IMG/VR virus record: IMGVR_UViG_3300032284_001102
Span: 1 to 59,102 of that record
Strand: one strand, 5' to 3'
DNA from: a virus
Taxonomy: Duplodnaviria > Caudoviricetes
Length of the DNA: 59,102 nucleotides
Below are positions 9,561-19,127 of the stretch, one piece after another. Within the stretch, counting starts at the first letter, position 1, and each line of letters begins with the position of its first letter. The position numbers were made by a program, and so were the translations under genes. The notes under the pieces were generated by a model. It made no database searches and had not been told where the DNA came from. It worked only from the letters and a program-made list of their open reading frames with translations.

Positions 9561-10918
9561 TATATGTGTTTTTTTAAATTTTCTATAAACATTGTTTTAT
9601 TTGCAAATTCCATTGCAAAATTTCTATTGTATTCTAATATAGGTATAATACTAATATACCAATTATGTATTTCTTCTAATGATAATTTTGATAATCTATC
9701 AATTTCATTACATAACATTTCAAATCGTTTACCACTATCATATTCATTATCGTAACTTTCATCAATAAACCCATCAAATGTTTTGAATCCCAATTCTTTT
9801 ACATATTTTAAATAACCAGGTGCACCAAATAAAATAAATGGTTGTAAAACTATTATTGGATTTATTAATTTTTCTGTTGGAAATATGTCTTTTTCAAAAT
9901 TGGTTTCTGTTATTATATGGATATATGAATCTAAATAAATTTCTTTTTTAAATGCTTTGGTTACTTCAAATGATTCTTTTTCAGATTCATTTAAATTTTC
10001 TGTGTCCATTTCTATTGGTAATTTTTCTAAAAAATTATTTGCAAATTCTTTTATTTTATTTTCAAAATCTATTGATAAATATTTTATAATTTGAATTGAT
10101 TTTGGTTTTTGTAAAAATGAACAATATATCTTTTCCCATAAATTTTTCATTTCAAAATAACAGCCTAATGAAAATCTATGAGGTTTGGTTGCATTTCTAT
10201 TTGGACAAACAAAATGTTTATTTCTTTTATTTAAAATTTGATTTGAATTAAACCATTCTGATTTATATCCTAAACCATAATATGGTTCGTTTTTTAAATC
10301 ATTAATTTTTTTACAACTTGAAATTAATAAATCATTTTCAAAATAAAAAACAAAATCTTTATTTTTAATTTCTGGGTATAAATCAAATAAATTGGAAGAA
10401 CCACCAAAAAAAATAAAATCAGATTCTTTTAAATTTAATTTTTTTATTTCTTCTGAAAATTTAAATATAAAATTTTTATCTGAAAATGGTTCATGTGATA
10501 TGTTAAATACAAATTTTAATTTATTTAATTTTGCCAATTCAATAGCTTCGTTTGAAACTAGTTTTGCAAATTTAATAGATTGTTGAATAACATCGTTTAT
10601 TTTTATAAAAGCCTCTTCAATAAAGTAATTATGATTACCAAAAATTTCTATTGGATAAAATAAAATTTCACCATTATAATTTTGATAATCCATATCTTTT
10701 AATATAACATATTTTCCACCATTTTTATCTATAACATTTCCTCTTAATTCGGAATGCCCTGATGCTAACTGAAATTTGCTTCTTAGTATATTAAAATATT
10801 CAGGGTCATTTAATGTTTCCGCATAGTTACATAATTCATCCCCCCATCCGTTTGGATATGGTGATTTCCTAATACTATCGTATCTATCGTAAGCTAATGT
10901 TATCATATTAAAATGCAA
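9560..10918 (-). CDS. Putative glycosyltransferase-like protein ('TET...TEK..NP...QPF' family)
   Basis: IITET...PTEKLINP...QPFILFG...GFKTF..FIDESYD block. Confidence 0.5.
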   Translation of the reverse strand: MHFNMITLAYDRYDSIRKSPYPNGWGDELCNYAETLNDPEYFNILRSKFQLASGHSELRGNVIDKNGGKYVILKDMDYQNYNGEILFYPIEIFGNHNYFIEEAFIKINDVIQQSIKFAKLVSNEAIELAKLNKLKFVFNISHEPFSDKNFIFKFSEEIKKLNLKESDFIFFGGSSNLFDLYPEIKNKDFVFYFENDLLISSCKKINDLKNEPYYGLGYKSEWFNSNQILNKRNKHFVCPNRNATKPHRFSLGCYFEMKNLWEKIYCSFLQKPKSIQIIKYLSIDFENKIKEFANNFLEKLPIEMDTENLNESEKESFEVTKAFKKEIYLDSYIHIITETNFEKDIFPTEKLINPIIVLQPFILFGAPGYLKYVKELGFKTFDGFIDESYDNEYDSGKRFEMLCNEIDRLSKLSLEEIHNWYISIIPILEYNRNFAMEFANKTMFIENLKKHI

Positions 10919-11537
10919 TCCACTTACCTGTTCCGTAATGTGGAAATTTTGATTTGTATGTATAATATATTACATCCGATGGTACTTCTCTTTTTGTATT
11001 CCAAGTTGCTTCCGTTGGTGTATAAGTTGATACATCGTTATCTTCTACTACAAATATAATTGGTAAGTCAAAGTTTTTTGCATACTTATGAACTTCATAA
11101 AATATACCACTTTCAAATGACATATCACCTACAAATACAAAGACTTTATTATCACCATCATTTGCCTTAATTCCCATTGCAACTCCCAATGCAATTGATA
11201 GAGTACCACCTACAATTGCCGATGAATAAAGTTTTTCATCCATATTACAAAGAGTAATTGATTTTCCTTTAAGAATTTCTTCTTCAATCCAAACAGGAGA
11301 CACATCCTTTAATAAGGCATGATAATGAGAACGCCAAGTTGAAAATACCCAATCGGATGTTTTAATTCTTTTAAATATTTCAATTAATTGTTCTTCATTT
11401 CCGTTTGATAAATGGATTGGGCCTCTGATTTTTGCATTTCCCCAATGGGTAACGATTAATTCTTCAAAATTAATTAAATCGTCTTTTGATTGTTTAATAT
11501 CTCTTACTATTGGATATTGTTTTAAATTTTTTATCAT
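10908..11537 (-). CDS. ThDP-dependent enzyme alpha subunit (E1-alpha-like, short)
   Basis: HLSNG.E, WRSHYHAL, IVGG, ThDP motif GDMS...EDN; start moved to the ATG at 11537, which overlaps the upstream TGA (ATGA). Confidence 0.85.
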   Translation of the reverse strand: MIKNLKQYPIVRDIKQSKDDLINFEELIVTHWGNAKIRGPIHLSNGNEEQLIEIFKRIKTSDWVFSTWRSHYHALLKDVSPVWIEEEILKGKSITLCNMDEKLYSSAIVGGTLSIALGVAMGIKANDGDNKVFVFVGDMSFESGIFYEVHKYAKNFDLPIIFVVEDNDVSTYTPTEATWNTKREVPSDVIYYTYKSKFPHYGTGKWIAF

Positions 11538-12079
11538 CTGTCTCTTTTTTGTAATATTGGGTTTGATGTTGGCCATTCTATTTGATATTCCGGGTCGTTC
11601 CATTTAACTACACCTTGCTCATCTGCGTCCACATAACCATCTTTATAAAATAAATTATAGTGAAACATACAATCGGTTAATGCGTAGTGGCCATTGGCAA
11701 ATCCCGGTGGAACTAATACTTGATTTCTATTTCTTTCTGATATGATAAAACTTTCCCATTCTCCTGATGTTGGTGAATTTAATCTCATATCTAAAACAAC
11801 TAAGTATATATCGCCCGCAGCTGCTTGTACCAATTTCCATGTTTTACTATCCCAATGTAATCCTCTTAACACACCTTTATATGATTTTGAAAATCTGCCA
11901 TGAATACTAATTTCACTTTTATCATAGTGTATTTGTGTCATTACTGGGTGTTCTTCCGAATGAAAGGTTGTAAATATCTCACCTCTATATTCTCTATAAA
12001 TTGATGGAGTATATGTTGGTACTTCATAACCAAATTTTTTCGATGGAGTAATTTGAAACTCATCCCATTTGTTACTCAT
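11534..12079 (-). CDS. rmlC: dTDP-4-dehydrorhamnose 3,5-epimerase family cupin
   Basis: RG.I, GVLRGLH, KLV....G.I..V..D.R, VPPGFANGH, WNDP...I.WP. Confidence 0.85.
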   Translation of the reverse strand: MSNKWDEFQITPSKKFGYEVPTYTPSIYREYRGEIFTTFHSEEHPVMTQIHYDKSEISIHGRFSKSYKGVLRGLHWDSKTWKLVQAAAGDIYLVVLDMRLNSPTSGEWESFIISERNRNQVLVPPGFANGHYALTDCMFHYNLFYKDGYVDADEQGVVKWNDPEYQIEWPTSNPILQKRDR

Positions 12080-12731
12080 TTAGTTTTAAATTTAATATAT
12101 GTTCATAAAGATTTTTAGCAATTAATTTATGGCCTATTTCACTAAAATGTCCACTATCTTTTGAACTTTGATTATTTATTCTATCGGTATTAGATGAATC
12201 ATAATAAAAATATTTTTTATATTCATCAAATGTAAAAAAATCTGGTACACTAATACGAGTTGTTTTAAAAAAAATAACTTTGATGTTGTGGCTTTTAAGC
12301 ATATGTTGAAAATTAAAATTATTTATATGAAAGTTTTCCGTTTCAAAAGAATCATTTACAAAATTTGTTTCATATGTTCTTAAAAATTCAACTTCTTCTT
12401 TAGTTTTTTGCCAAAGATAAGAATCAATTTTAAATCTAAGTACATTACCATCATCATATGAATCTTTATAATTATCATTATTTTTTGGAAATTTACTCCA
12501 AAATTCACGTCTAGTTGGTTCGGTGTATTGAATAATAACCAAATCATCTGGTGTTAAATTACCATCTATTATATGTTTCGTAATCATTCTCCAAATTCTA
12601 TAATTAGAACCACAACCGGCCGTACAATTTACTAATTCATAATTTAATAATTTAGATAATTCTTCTGGATAGCTTGTTTTAGCATTACAACGAGTAGAAA
12701 TACTACAACCTGCAGCAAATAGTTTTTTCAT
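12072..12731 (-). CDS. SGNH/GDSL-like protein
   Basis: AGCSIS, AGCGSN, QYTEPTR, GHFSEIGH. Confidence 0.6.
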   Translation of the reverse strand: MKKLFAAGCSISTRCNAKTSYPEELSKLLNYELVNCTAGCGSNYRIWRMITKHIIDGNLTPDDLVIIQYTEPTRREFWSKFPKNNDNYKDSYDDGNVLRFKIDSYLWQKTKEEVEFLRTYETNFVNDSFETENFHINNFNFQHMLKSHNIKVIFFKTTRISVPDFFTFDEYKKYFYYDSSNTDRINNQSSKDSGHFSEIGHKLIAKNLYEHILNLKLNE

Positions 12732-12732
12732 A

Positions 12733-13704
12733 TTATGTTTGATTTGCGTATCCTAAAGGAAATCCATTTCTAAATTCAAAACCCATCTTTGGTACTATCA
12801 TTTGATATGCCATTATGAGTTCTTTAATACCCCTATCTAAATCCCATACTGGGCCCCATCCTGTTGCTTCTAACTTATCATTTGATACAATATAGTTTCT
12901 CTTATCTGGGTCTTCGTAATAGTCATCATAGACCACTGCAAAGTCTTTTACATGAGATTGTATTTTTTCTAATAATTCTTGTTTTGAAAGATTTGCTTTA
13001 CTTAATCCTACATTAAAAACTTCACCTTTATATTTGTCATAATGCTGAATCATAAAACAAAAAGTAAATGCTACATCTTGAATATGGATAAAGTTTCTTT
13101 TAAATTCTTTTTCAAATACTACAATATATTTGTCCGTTATTGCTTTATAAACAAAATCATTTACCAACAAGTCCGTTCTCATTCTTGGTGAAACTCCAAA
13201 GACAGTTGCTAATCTAAATATGATTGCATTTGTTGATGTTCTTAAAAAGTTTTCAGCTTCACATTTGGTTTGTCCATAGACTGATATTGGTGTGAGTGGT
13301 GATTCTTCTGTGCATTCCATTTGACCGGTACTTAAACCATATCCACTATTTGTATTTGGATATAAAATCTTTTTACCTTTTCCGTTTGTAAATTTAACAA
13401 TATTAACTATTTGGTCAAAGTTAATTTCTCTTGCTAATTTTGGGTCTTGCGCACATGCAGGAAATCCTACAATTGCAGCTAATGGAATAATGATATCAGC
13501 TTCATTACAAAGTTTTTCTAACAATACTTCGTTACGAACATCACCATGTATAAATTTAAATTTTGATTTTGATGTATATTGTAATAGAGAAGTTTGATTG
13601 AATAATAATTTATCTAAAACAATAACCTCATAACTTTGTTCTAATAGTTTTGCAACTAATACTGAACCCAAATAACCTGCACCGCCTGTGATTAAAACTT
13701 TCAT
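12733..13704 (-). CDS. NAD-dependent nucleotide-sugar epimerase/dehydratase (extended SDR)
   Basis: ITGGAGYLG, LAAIVG, YGQTK, RLATVFGVSPRMR. Confidence 0.9.
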   Translation of the reverse strand: MKVLITGGAGYLGSVLVAKLLEQSYEVIVLDKLLFNQTSLLQYTSKSKFKFIHGDVRNEVLLEKLCNEADIIIPLAAIVGFPACAQDPKLAREINFDQIVNIVKFTNGKGKKILYPNTNSGYGLSTGQMECTEESPLTPISVYGQTKCEAENFLRTSTNAIIFRLATVFGVSPRMRTDLLVNDFVYKAITDKYIVVFEKEFKRNFIHIQDVAFTFCFMIQHYDKYKGEVFNVGLSKANLSKQELLEKIQSHVKDFAVVYDDYYEDPDKRNYIVSNDKLEATGWGPVWDLDRGIKELIMAYQMIVPKMGFEFRNGFPLGYANQT

Positions 13705-14468
13705 TAAAAGTAAATATTTTTTTCTATATAAAATTGAGGATAGTTTCCACTAAAACTTATATCCCATACTTTGTATCTATTGTAATGGTTAAAATCACAA
13801 AAGAATGCAAAATATTTTCTTAATGGAAAATCATAATTTAATTTTCTTAAATTATTAAAAACTATATGACTATATTTTTCTTCATAATTATCAACTATAT
13901 CGTATACTTCTTCTATTTTTATATTTTTATTTAAAATAAAACACATATTATATTCAAATTCACCAATTGCTCTATGTTCTTCAGGCCCAATCATACTACC
14001 ACACCCAAACCAAAAAAATGCATCTTTATATGACATTTTTTCATAATTATCAAATTTAATAGTACCAACTAATTTTTTATTGACATAGCAATCAATTTTT
14101 CTATCTTCAAAATTTTCACAAATCATGGTAAAGTCATTAAATTCATTTACTTCTTTATTTGTTAATTGATAATATATTTGTTTTGGATATTTTTCAAATG
14201 TGCCATCTTCATTTGTTTTAATAACCCAATAAGTAAAAACAATATTTGCGTTTTCATATTTATCAATAAATGCACTAATACCAGAATGCATACCATTTCT
14301 AGCCATTAAAAATTGTTCGATTTCTTTTGGCATTAATTCTGGAAATATTTTTGCTGATAAAAATAATGTAAAGTCTTTGTCCATATGTTTGTCTATTCTT
14401 TCAGAAACGGAATATCTACTTTCAGGCAATATAAAAAATATATTATCTTTATTTACTCTTAAACTCAT
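13704..14468 (-). CDS. Stand-alone LamG/concanavalin-like domain protein
   Basis: FTL, G..SG, YVN, FG.G and D(F) pattern resembling the inserts in the adjacent GT7 proteins. Confidence 0.4.
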   Translation of the reverse strand: MSLRVNKDNIFFILPESRYSVSERIDKHMDKDFTLFLSAKIFPELMPKEIEQFLMARNGMHSGISAFIDKYENANIVFTYWVIKTNEDGTFEKYPKQIYYQLTNKEVNEFNDFTMICENFEDRKIDCYVNKKLVGTIKFDNYEKMSYKDAFFWFGCGSMIGPEEHRAIGEFEYNMCFILNKNIKIEEVYDIVDNYEEKYSHIVFNNLRKLNYDFPLRKYFAFFCDFNHYNRYKVWDISFSGNYPQFYIEKNIYF

Positions 14469-14471
14469 AAT

Positions 14472-15887
14472 TTAAACTTTAATTGTTTTACAAAAATGAT
14501 AAAATTCTTCTAATTCTGGAAAAGTTTTGCAAAAATCGGTTCCCCTTCTTAAATCGTGATTAGAAAAATATTGATAAAAACTATATCTATTTTTCATTTG
14601 TTGTGTAGAATCTTGTGGTGCTAACATCCAATCATAAATTCTTTTTACCTTTTGTACTTCAACATCACTATATCCAATATGTTCGGGACTAAATGATGGT
14701 GCTGCATAATAAGTGACTAATTTTGCTTGGTCTAAAATATATTTAGAATAATCAAATGGTAATACCTGTACAGTTTGATGTAATGGATATCTTAAATATG
14801 ATGAATCTAAAAATACTGCCGAACTCCAATATCTATCATTACTTGCATATGTATCTTTTAATGTATAAATGTTGTGTATTAGGTTTTCGTAATTAAACAC
14901 ACTTAATGCGTTATAAGTTGACATAAATGTAATAATAACTTTTGGACACGCAGTAAGAATCATATTTACATGGTCCCAGAATTTATTAAATTCTAATCCC
15001 GTTCTGATGTACTCTGCTTGCTCACCCCAAGTATCTACCGATGTAAAGATTACAATTTCTTTTACTCTGTTTTCGTCTTCAATTTTTTTAATTTTTTGAA
15101 TTAATTTTTCTACCAATGCAGTTGGAACTCCTAAATTAGAATTGATTGCCAATTTTAATTCTCTATTTGGATTGTCCTGTGCTAAAATAAAATCTAATAC
15201 ACCCCATGTATCTTTTGATAATAATGGTTCACCTCCAGTAATTCTAAATGTATGCAAATCTCTATATAAATCTGGCCACCATTTCCAAAATGCTTCTACA
15301 TACGGGTTATGGTCTTTATGTGGGATTGGCATTTTATCCTCTCTAACTAACCATTCAGGTGAGTTAAATCCATCTAATGTTGGATAACCACCATATTGTT
15401 CAACTTCTTCTACCCATGTTGAACTAAATGCAGGGCCGCAATATGAACATTTAAAGTTACAAGCGTTTGAAAATGCAACTTCCACATATTTTGGATTGTA
15501 ATCGTCTCTCCAATCTAGGTTTTTAATTTCTTCCATAAAAGGATAAGACCAACTTTCTCCAGATTTAAATATTCTATCACTAAATCTATCAGAGTTATCC
15601 TCTACACCCCAACAATAATCACATTCTTCAGGTCTTGCACCTTGTAACATTTCTTTTCTACGAAGTTTTTTGTACCTTGTATTATGAAGTGCTGAGGGGT
15701 TTCTAGTTATTTCTTGTTCTGAAATTTTGTGTGTACGAGGGTGGTGACATGAGTGATTGTGGCCACTTTGTAATTGTAAAGTTACTTGTGTCCATTTAGC
15801 TAAACACATTCCAGGACCTACTGCGTCTAATTCTTCTTTAGCTCTTAGGTATATCGGATTTTCCGAGTATGATTTTTCGTCTGCCAT
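14472..15887 (-). CDS. Radical SAM protein with N-terminal Twitch/SPASM-like Cys domain
   Basis: CNFKCSYC, TGGEPL; N-terminal CLAKW...SCHHP...CDYCW. Confidence 0.9.
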   Translation of the reverse strand: MADEKSYSENPIYLRAKEELDAVGPGMCLAKWTQVTLQLQSGHNHSCHHPRTHKISEQEITRNPSALHNTRYKKLRRKEMLQGARPEECDYCWGVEDNSDRFSDRIFKSGESWSYPFMEEIKNLDWRDDYNPKYVEVAFSNACNFKCSYCGPAFSSTWVEEVEQYGGYPTLDGFNSPEWLVREDKMPIPHKDHNPYVEAFWKWWPDLYRDLHTFRITGGEPLLSKDTWGVLDFILAQDNPNRELKLAINSNLGVPTALVEKLIQKIKKIEDENRVKEIVIFTSVDTWGEQAEYIRTGLEFNKFWDHVNMILTACPKVIITFMSTYNALSVFNYENLIHNIYTLKDTYASNDRYWSSAVFLDSSYLRYPLHQTVQVLPFDYSKYILDQAKLVTYYAAPSFSPEHIGYSDVEVQKVKRIYDWMLAPQDSTQQMKNRYSFYQYFSNHDLRRGTDFCKTFPELEEFYHFCKTIKV

Positions 15888-15891
15888 AATT

Positions 15892-17358
15892 TTATTTTAA
15901 ACAATGTACATTTATCATTTTGTGTTTTCCAAAAATAATTTGTGCACTAATGTATTTATATTTCATATTATTAATTCCGTCATTTTTATAGTCAATACTT
16001 CCTTGCTGCATTTCCATTATATATCTTCTTTCGTTTTTTGCAGTTGTTTCACCTTTTGCCCATTTGTCTATTCCACCCACATTTATTAAACCTTCTGTTT
16101 GATGTGGTAAACAAATAAATTTGCCATCTCTTCTATAAGGTAAAATTGTATGTGGTATTTGAATTTCTCTATCTTCAATTACTATATTATTTAATATTCC
16201 ATCATTTAATTCTGCCTGGTCTATAACTATTTTTTCATCATGTATATCTTCAAAATTATAATGAAAAATTAAACCCTCTGTTGAGTATTTTTTATGTACT
16301 TCTTGAATTTCATCTTTTGTTAATACTCTATTCCACATTTTAATATCTGCAACTTCACCTTTAAAAAATGAATTTGCTTCTTCTATTGAAACAGTTGGAG
16401 TATATCCAATATAAAATGGTTCATTACCATATCTCTTTAAACTAAATTCATATTCTAAAGGAGAATGTGTTCCTGTACCATTTCTTGCATCGTTTTCATT
16501 TCCATTTAAATAGAAATGCATTTTCTTTTCTAAATTATCAACAACCATTGTAACCCATGTCCATTCACCTTCATATCTTTTAAACCATTGGTAAACATGC
16601 TCTCTATGTGAATTCCATAACATACCTGTATACGCTCTACTATTATTAAAAGATAATCCCCAATCGTAACCTGGTTTTCTAAATATTGGATATTCTACAA
16701 ATTTTCTATTTTCATCACCTATCAACCATATTGGAACTTTTTCTATTTGCTGGTCTGCTTTTACTAAAACCGATATTGTATGTGAATTAGATATTGCAGC
16801 CCTCATTGATTCTTTTGTTGGTATTTTTATGTATGAATCTTTACCATTAAAAATTGCTGCTTTTTTTGTTTTTTCAAAATCAATTACTTTTCTTTCTACC
16901 ATTTCTTCTTTTACACATCTCCAAAATAAGTCATCATCTTCCATACCCCAATCCCAATACTCATTTGAATAACCATTGGTTTGTTCTACTTGCTCTTTTG
17001 TAAATAATACTGCTCCACCAAAGTATTCTTGATACTTTAATTGATACTCCGATTGTGAAATACGAACCGCAATGTGTTTTGGAGTTTCTTCTGGATAAGA
17101 ATAATCACAACTATCATCTTCAGGAATCATATCAATATCATGCCAAACTATATAATCACATCCATCATCAAATGCATGTTTTGCACCTATGTTTTTCATT
17201 AAACCTCTATTAAATAAATATTCATCTCTTTGATGTACTATGTATATAGTATGGTCTATTCCTTTCTTATCTAAAAAATTAGAAAGATGTGGAACAAAAA
17301 CATTCATATGTTCTTCTCTATTTCTATATGGGACGCAAACTCCTAACTTATGTGCCAT
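15892..17358 (-). CDS. GT7 (beta-1,4-galactosyltransferase-like) with LamG insert
   Basis: VPYRNR, FNRG, HDIDMIP, YFGG, NGYSN.YW.WG.EDDD, then FNGKDSYI...FKGEVAD...WNR, then C-terminal DGIN. Confidence 0.85.
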   Translation of the reverse strand: MAHKLGVCVPYRNREEHMNVFVPHLSNFLDKKGIDHTIYIVHQRDEYLFNRGLMKNIGAKHAFDDGCDYIVWHDIDMIPEDDSCDYSYPEETPKHIAVRISQSEYQLKYQEYFGGAVLFTKEQVEQTNGYSNEYWDWGMEDDDLFWRCVKEEMVERKVIDFEKTKKAAIFNGKDSYIKIPTKESMRAAISNSHTISVLVKADQQIEKVPIWLIGDENRKFVEYPIFRKPGYDWGLSFNNSRAYTGMLWNSHREHVYQWFKRYEGEWTWVTMVVDNLEKKMHFYLNGNENDARNGTGTHSPLEYEFSLKRYGNEPFYIGYTPTVSIEEANSFFKGEVADIKMWNRVLTKDEIQEVHKKYSTEGLIFHYNFEDIHDEKIVIDQAELNDGILNNIVIEDREIQIPHTILPYRRDGKFICLPHQTEGLINVGGIDKWAKGETTAKNERRYIMEMQQGSIDYKNDGINNMKYKYISAQIIFGKHKMINVHCLK

Positions 17359-18785
17359 TATAATAAAACTGAAAGGTGGTGGTGTTTTTTAATTGAAATA
17401 TCATTTAATATTTGATATAGACAGGTATTTAAACCATCTTTGTCCGTATCATATAATTTTGTTTTTATTTGATTCAAAAATCTCAATTGATTTATTCTTG
17501 TTTCTTTATGAACCCAATTTTTCTCATTCCAACTATTTGTTTTGTGAGATAATAATTTAAACAATGATGGTCTACGGAATGGAACTTGTAATTCTTTACC
17601 CAATGATTCTTTTGTTTTAATAAAATGAGATTCAACTATTTCACCATTATTATTATTAAAACTTAAATCAACTAATTCATTATTTCTATAAAATCTAAAA
17701 TCATAATATAATTTTAAATGTTCCGAAGATTTATATGCTCTAAAATTTTCTAATAATGAATTTTCTAAAATATTTTCAGATATAATTTTTACTTCTTTTG
17801 GTTTTAATTTTGTATCGTAAATTGCAAATTCTGAAATTAGGCCAAAAAAATAATTTGGTAAATCTCTATTTGGTTCACCTACACCTAAATAAAAATATTC
17901 TTTATCTGAATAATCTTTTACATTGTGTTTTAATTTTGTCATCCCTATAAATTCACCATCTTTATAAAAATCAAATTGATTTAATTCATAATCATATGTT
18001 ATACAAATTTGCGTAAAATGATTTGATAATATTTCAGAATTTATAGAATAACATTGGTCGGTTTCATCCCAAACATCAAATTTATATCTTCTAAATGAAT
18101 TAAAACTAACCGATGTATCGTATCCAGGAATTGAGAATACGGTATATTCATCATATTCATTATTTGGGTTTGATATAATATCATCTGGTTTAAATGTAAT
18201 CAATATACTAGTATCTTTTTCAAAATCTAATAAATCTTTTTTTGGAATTTTAATATAAGAATTGGTTCCATTGAATGATAGCCCGTATAAATTTTTTACA
18301 TCTGTTTTACCAATTATTTTAGTATCTAATGCAATTTTCTTTTCAGATGTTCTAAATAATAAGTCATCATCTTCAAATCCCCATCCCCAATATTGATTAG
18401 AATAACCATTTATTTTTTCAAAAGTTTCAACAGAGAACATTGTTACTCCACCAAAATAATCATCAAAAATTAAATTTTTAGACTTATCGTATTCCAATTC
18501 AAAATTAGTTGCTAAATGTAATGGTACTGCAGAATACGAATAATCCACTTCTAATGGTAACATATCTATATCATGAAATACTACATAGTCACATAGTAAC
18601 TCTTTTGCTTTGATAAATCCTATATTTAGTAACTTTCCTCTATTAAATGGTTTATCATCTATTTGCTCTACGATTATAAGTTCATAATCTATTTTATTTT
18701 CTTTAAAATAAAGCTTTATAGCATCTGTAAACTTTTTTAAATGAGTTTCTCTACTTCTATATGGAACAATAATTCCTAATTTCAT
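17358..18785 (-). CDS. GT7 (beta-1,4-galactosyltransferase-like) with LamG insert
   Basis: VPYRSR, FNRGKLLNIG, HDIDMLP, YWGWGFEDDD, LamG-like FNGTNSYI...G.ISE..IY, DGLN. Confidence 0.85.
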   Translation of the reverse strand: MKLGIIVPYRSRETHLKKFTDAIKLYFKENKIDYELIIVEQIDDKPFNRGKLLNIGFIKAKELLCDYVVFHDIDMLPLEVDYSYSAVPLHLATNFELEYDKSKNLIFDDYFGGVTMFSVETFEKINGYSNQYWGWGFEDDDLLFRTSEKKIALDTKIIGKTDVKNLYGLSFNGTNSYIKIPKKDLLDFEKDTSILITFKPDDIISNPNNEYDEYTVFSIPGYDTSVSFNSFRRYKFDVWDETDQCYSINSEILSNHFTQICITYDYELNQFDFYKDGEFIGMTKLKHNVKDYSDKEYFYLGVGEPNRDLPNYFFGLISEFAIYDTKLKPKEVKIISENILENSLLENFRAYKSSEHLKLYYDFRFYRNNELVDLSFNNNNGEIVESHFIKTKESLGKELQVPFRRPSLFKLLSHKTNSWNEKNWVHKETRINQLRFLNQIKTKLYDTDKDGLNTCLYQILNDISIKKHHHLSVLL

Positions 18786-18795
18786 TTAATTTATA

Positions 18796-19125
18796 TTAAA
18801 CTGTTTCTATATCTTTTTTTGGTCTTGGTTTTCTAACCGGTAATTCTGCAGCATCTGCATCAACTACCGATGTTGGTACTTTTGGTTGTTCTGGATTTAC
18901 ATTAGAAGTTCCACCTTTTGCCATATTATAATGTTCATATAAATAAAATGCAATTCTTTCACCCCATTCTTTTTTAGGTATTTCTTCAAACCAAATGGTC
19001 AATGCATCTAATGAATTTGCTATCTTTTCTAAGGCTTTTATTTTTCTAGTTTCTAATACAAGACTTTCAACATTTTGTTGTTCGGATGTCTCTGTTTCCG
19101 TTGTTTGTAACTTTGATTTTGCCAT
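18796..19125 (-). CDS. Hypothetical protein
   Basis: 109-aa ORF with operon-like spacing. Confidence 0.7.
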   Translation of the reverse strand: MAKSKLQTTETETSEQQNVESLVLETRKIKALEKIANSLDALTIWFEEIPKKEWGERIAFYLYEHYNMAKGGTSNVNPEQPKVPTSVVDADAAELPVRKPRPKKDIETV

Positions 19126-19127
19126 AA

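Noticed and set aside
5124-11537. Pyruvate dehydrogenase as a central-metabolism auxiliary gene
   Set aside because: Both subunits are truncated, E2/E3 are absent and the context is nucleotide-sugar synthesis
11538-11603. Longer 5' start for the E1-alpha-like gene
   Set aside because: Overlaps rmlC by 70 nt; the ATGA-coupled start at 11537 fits the local pattern
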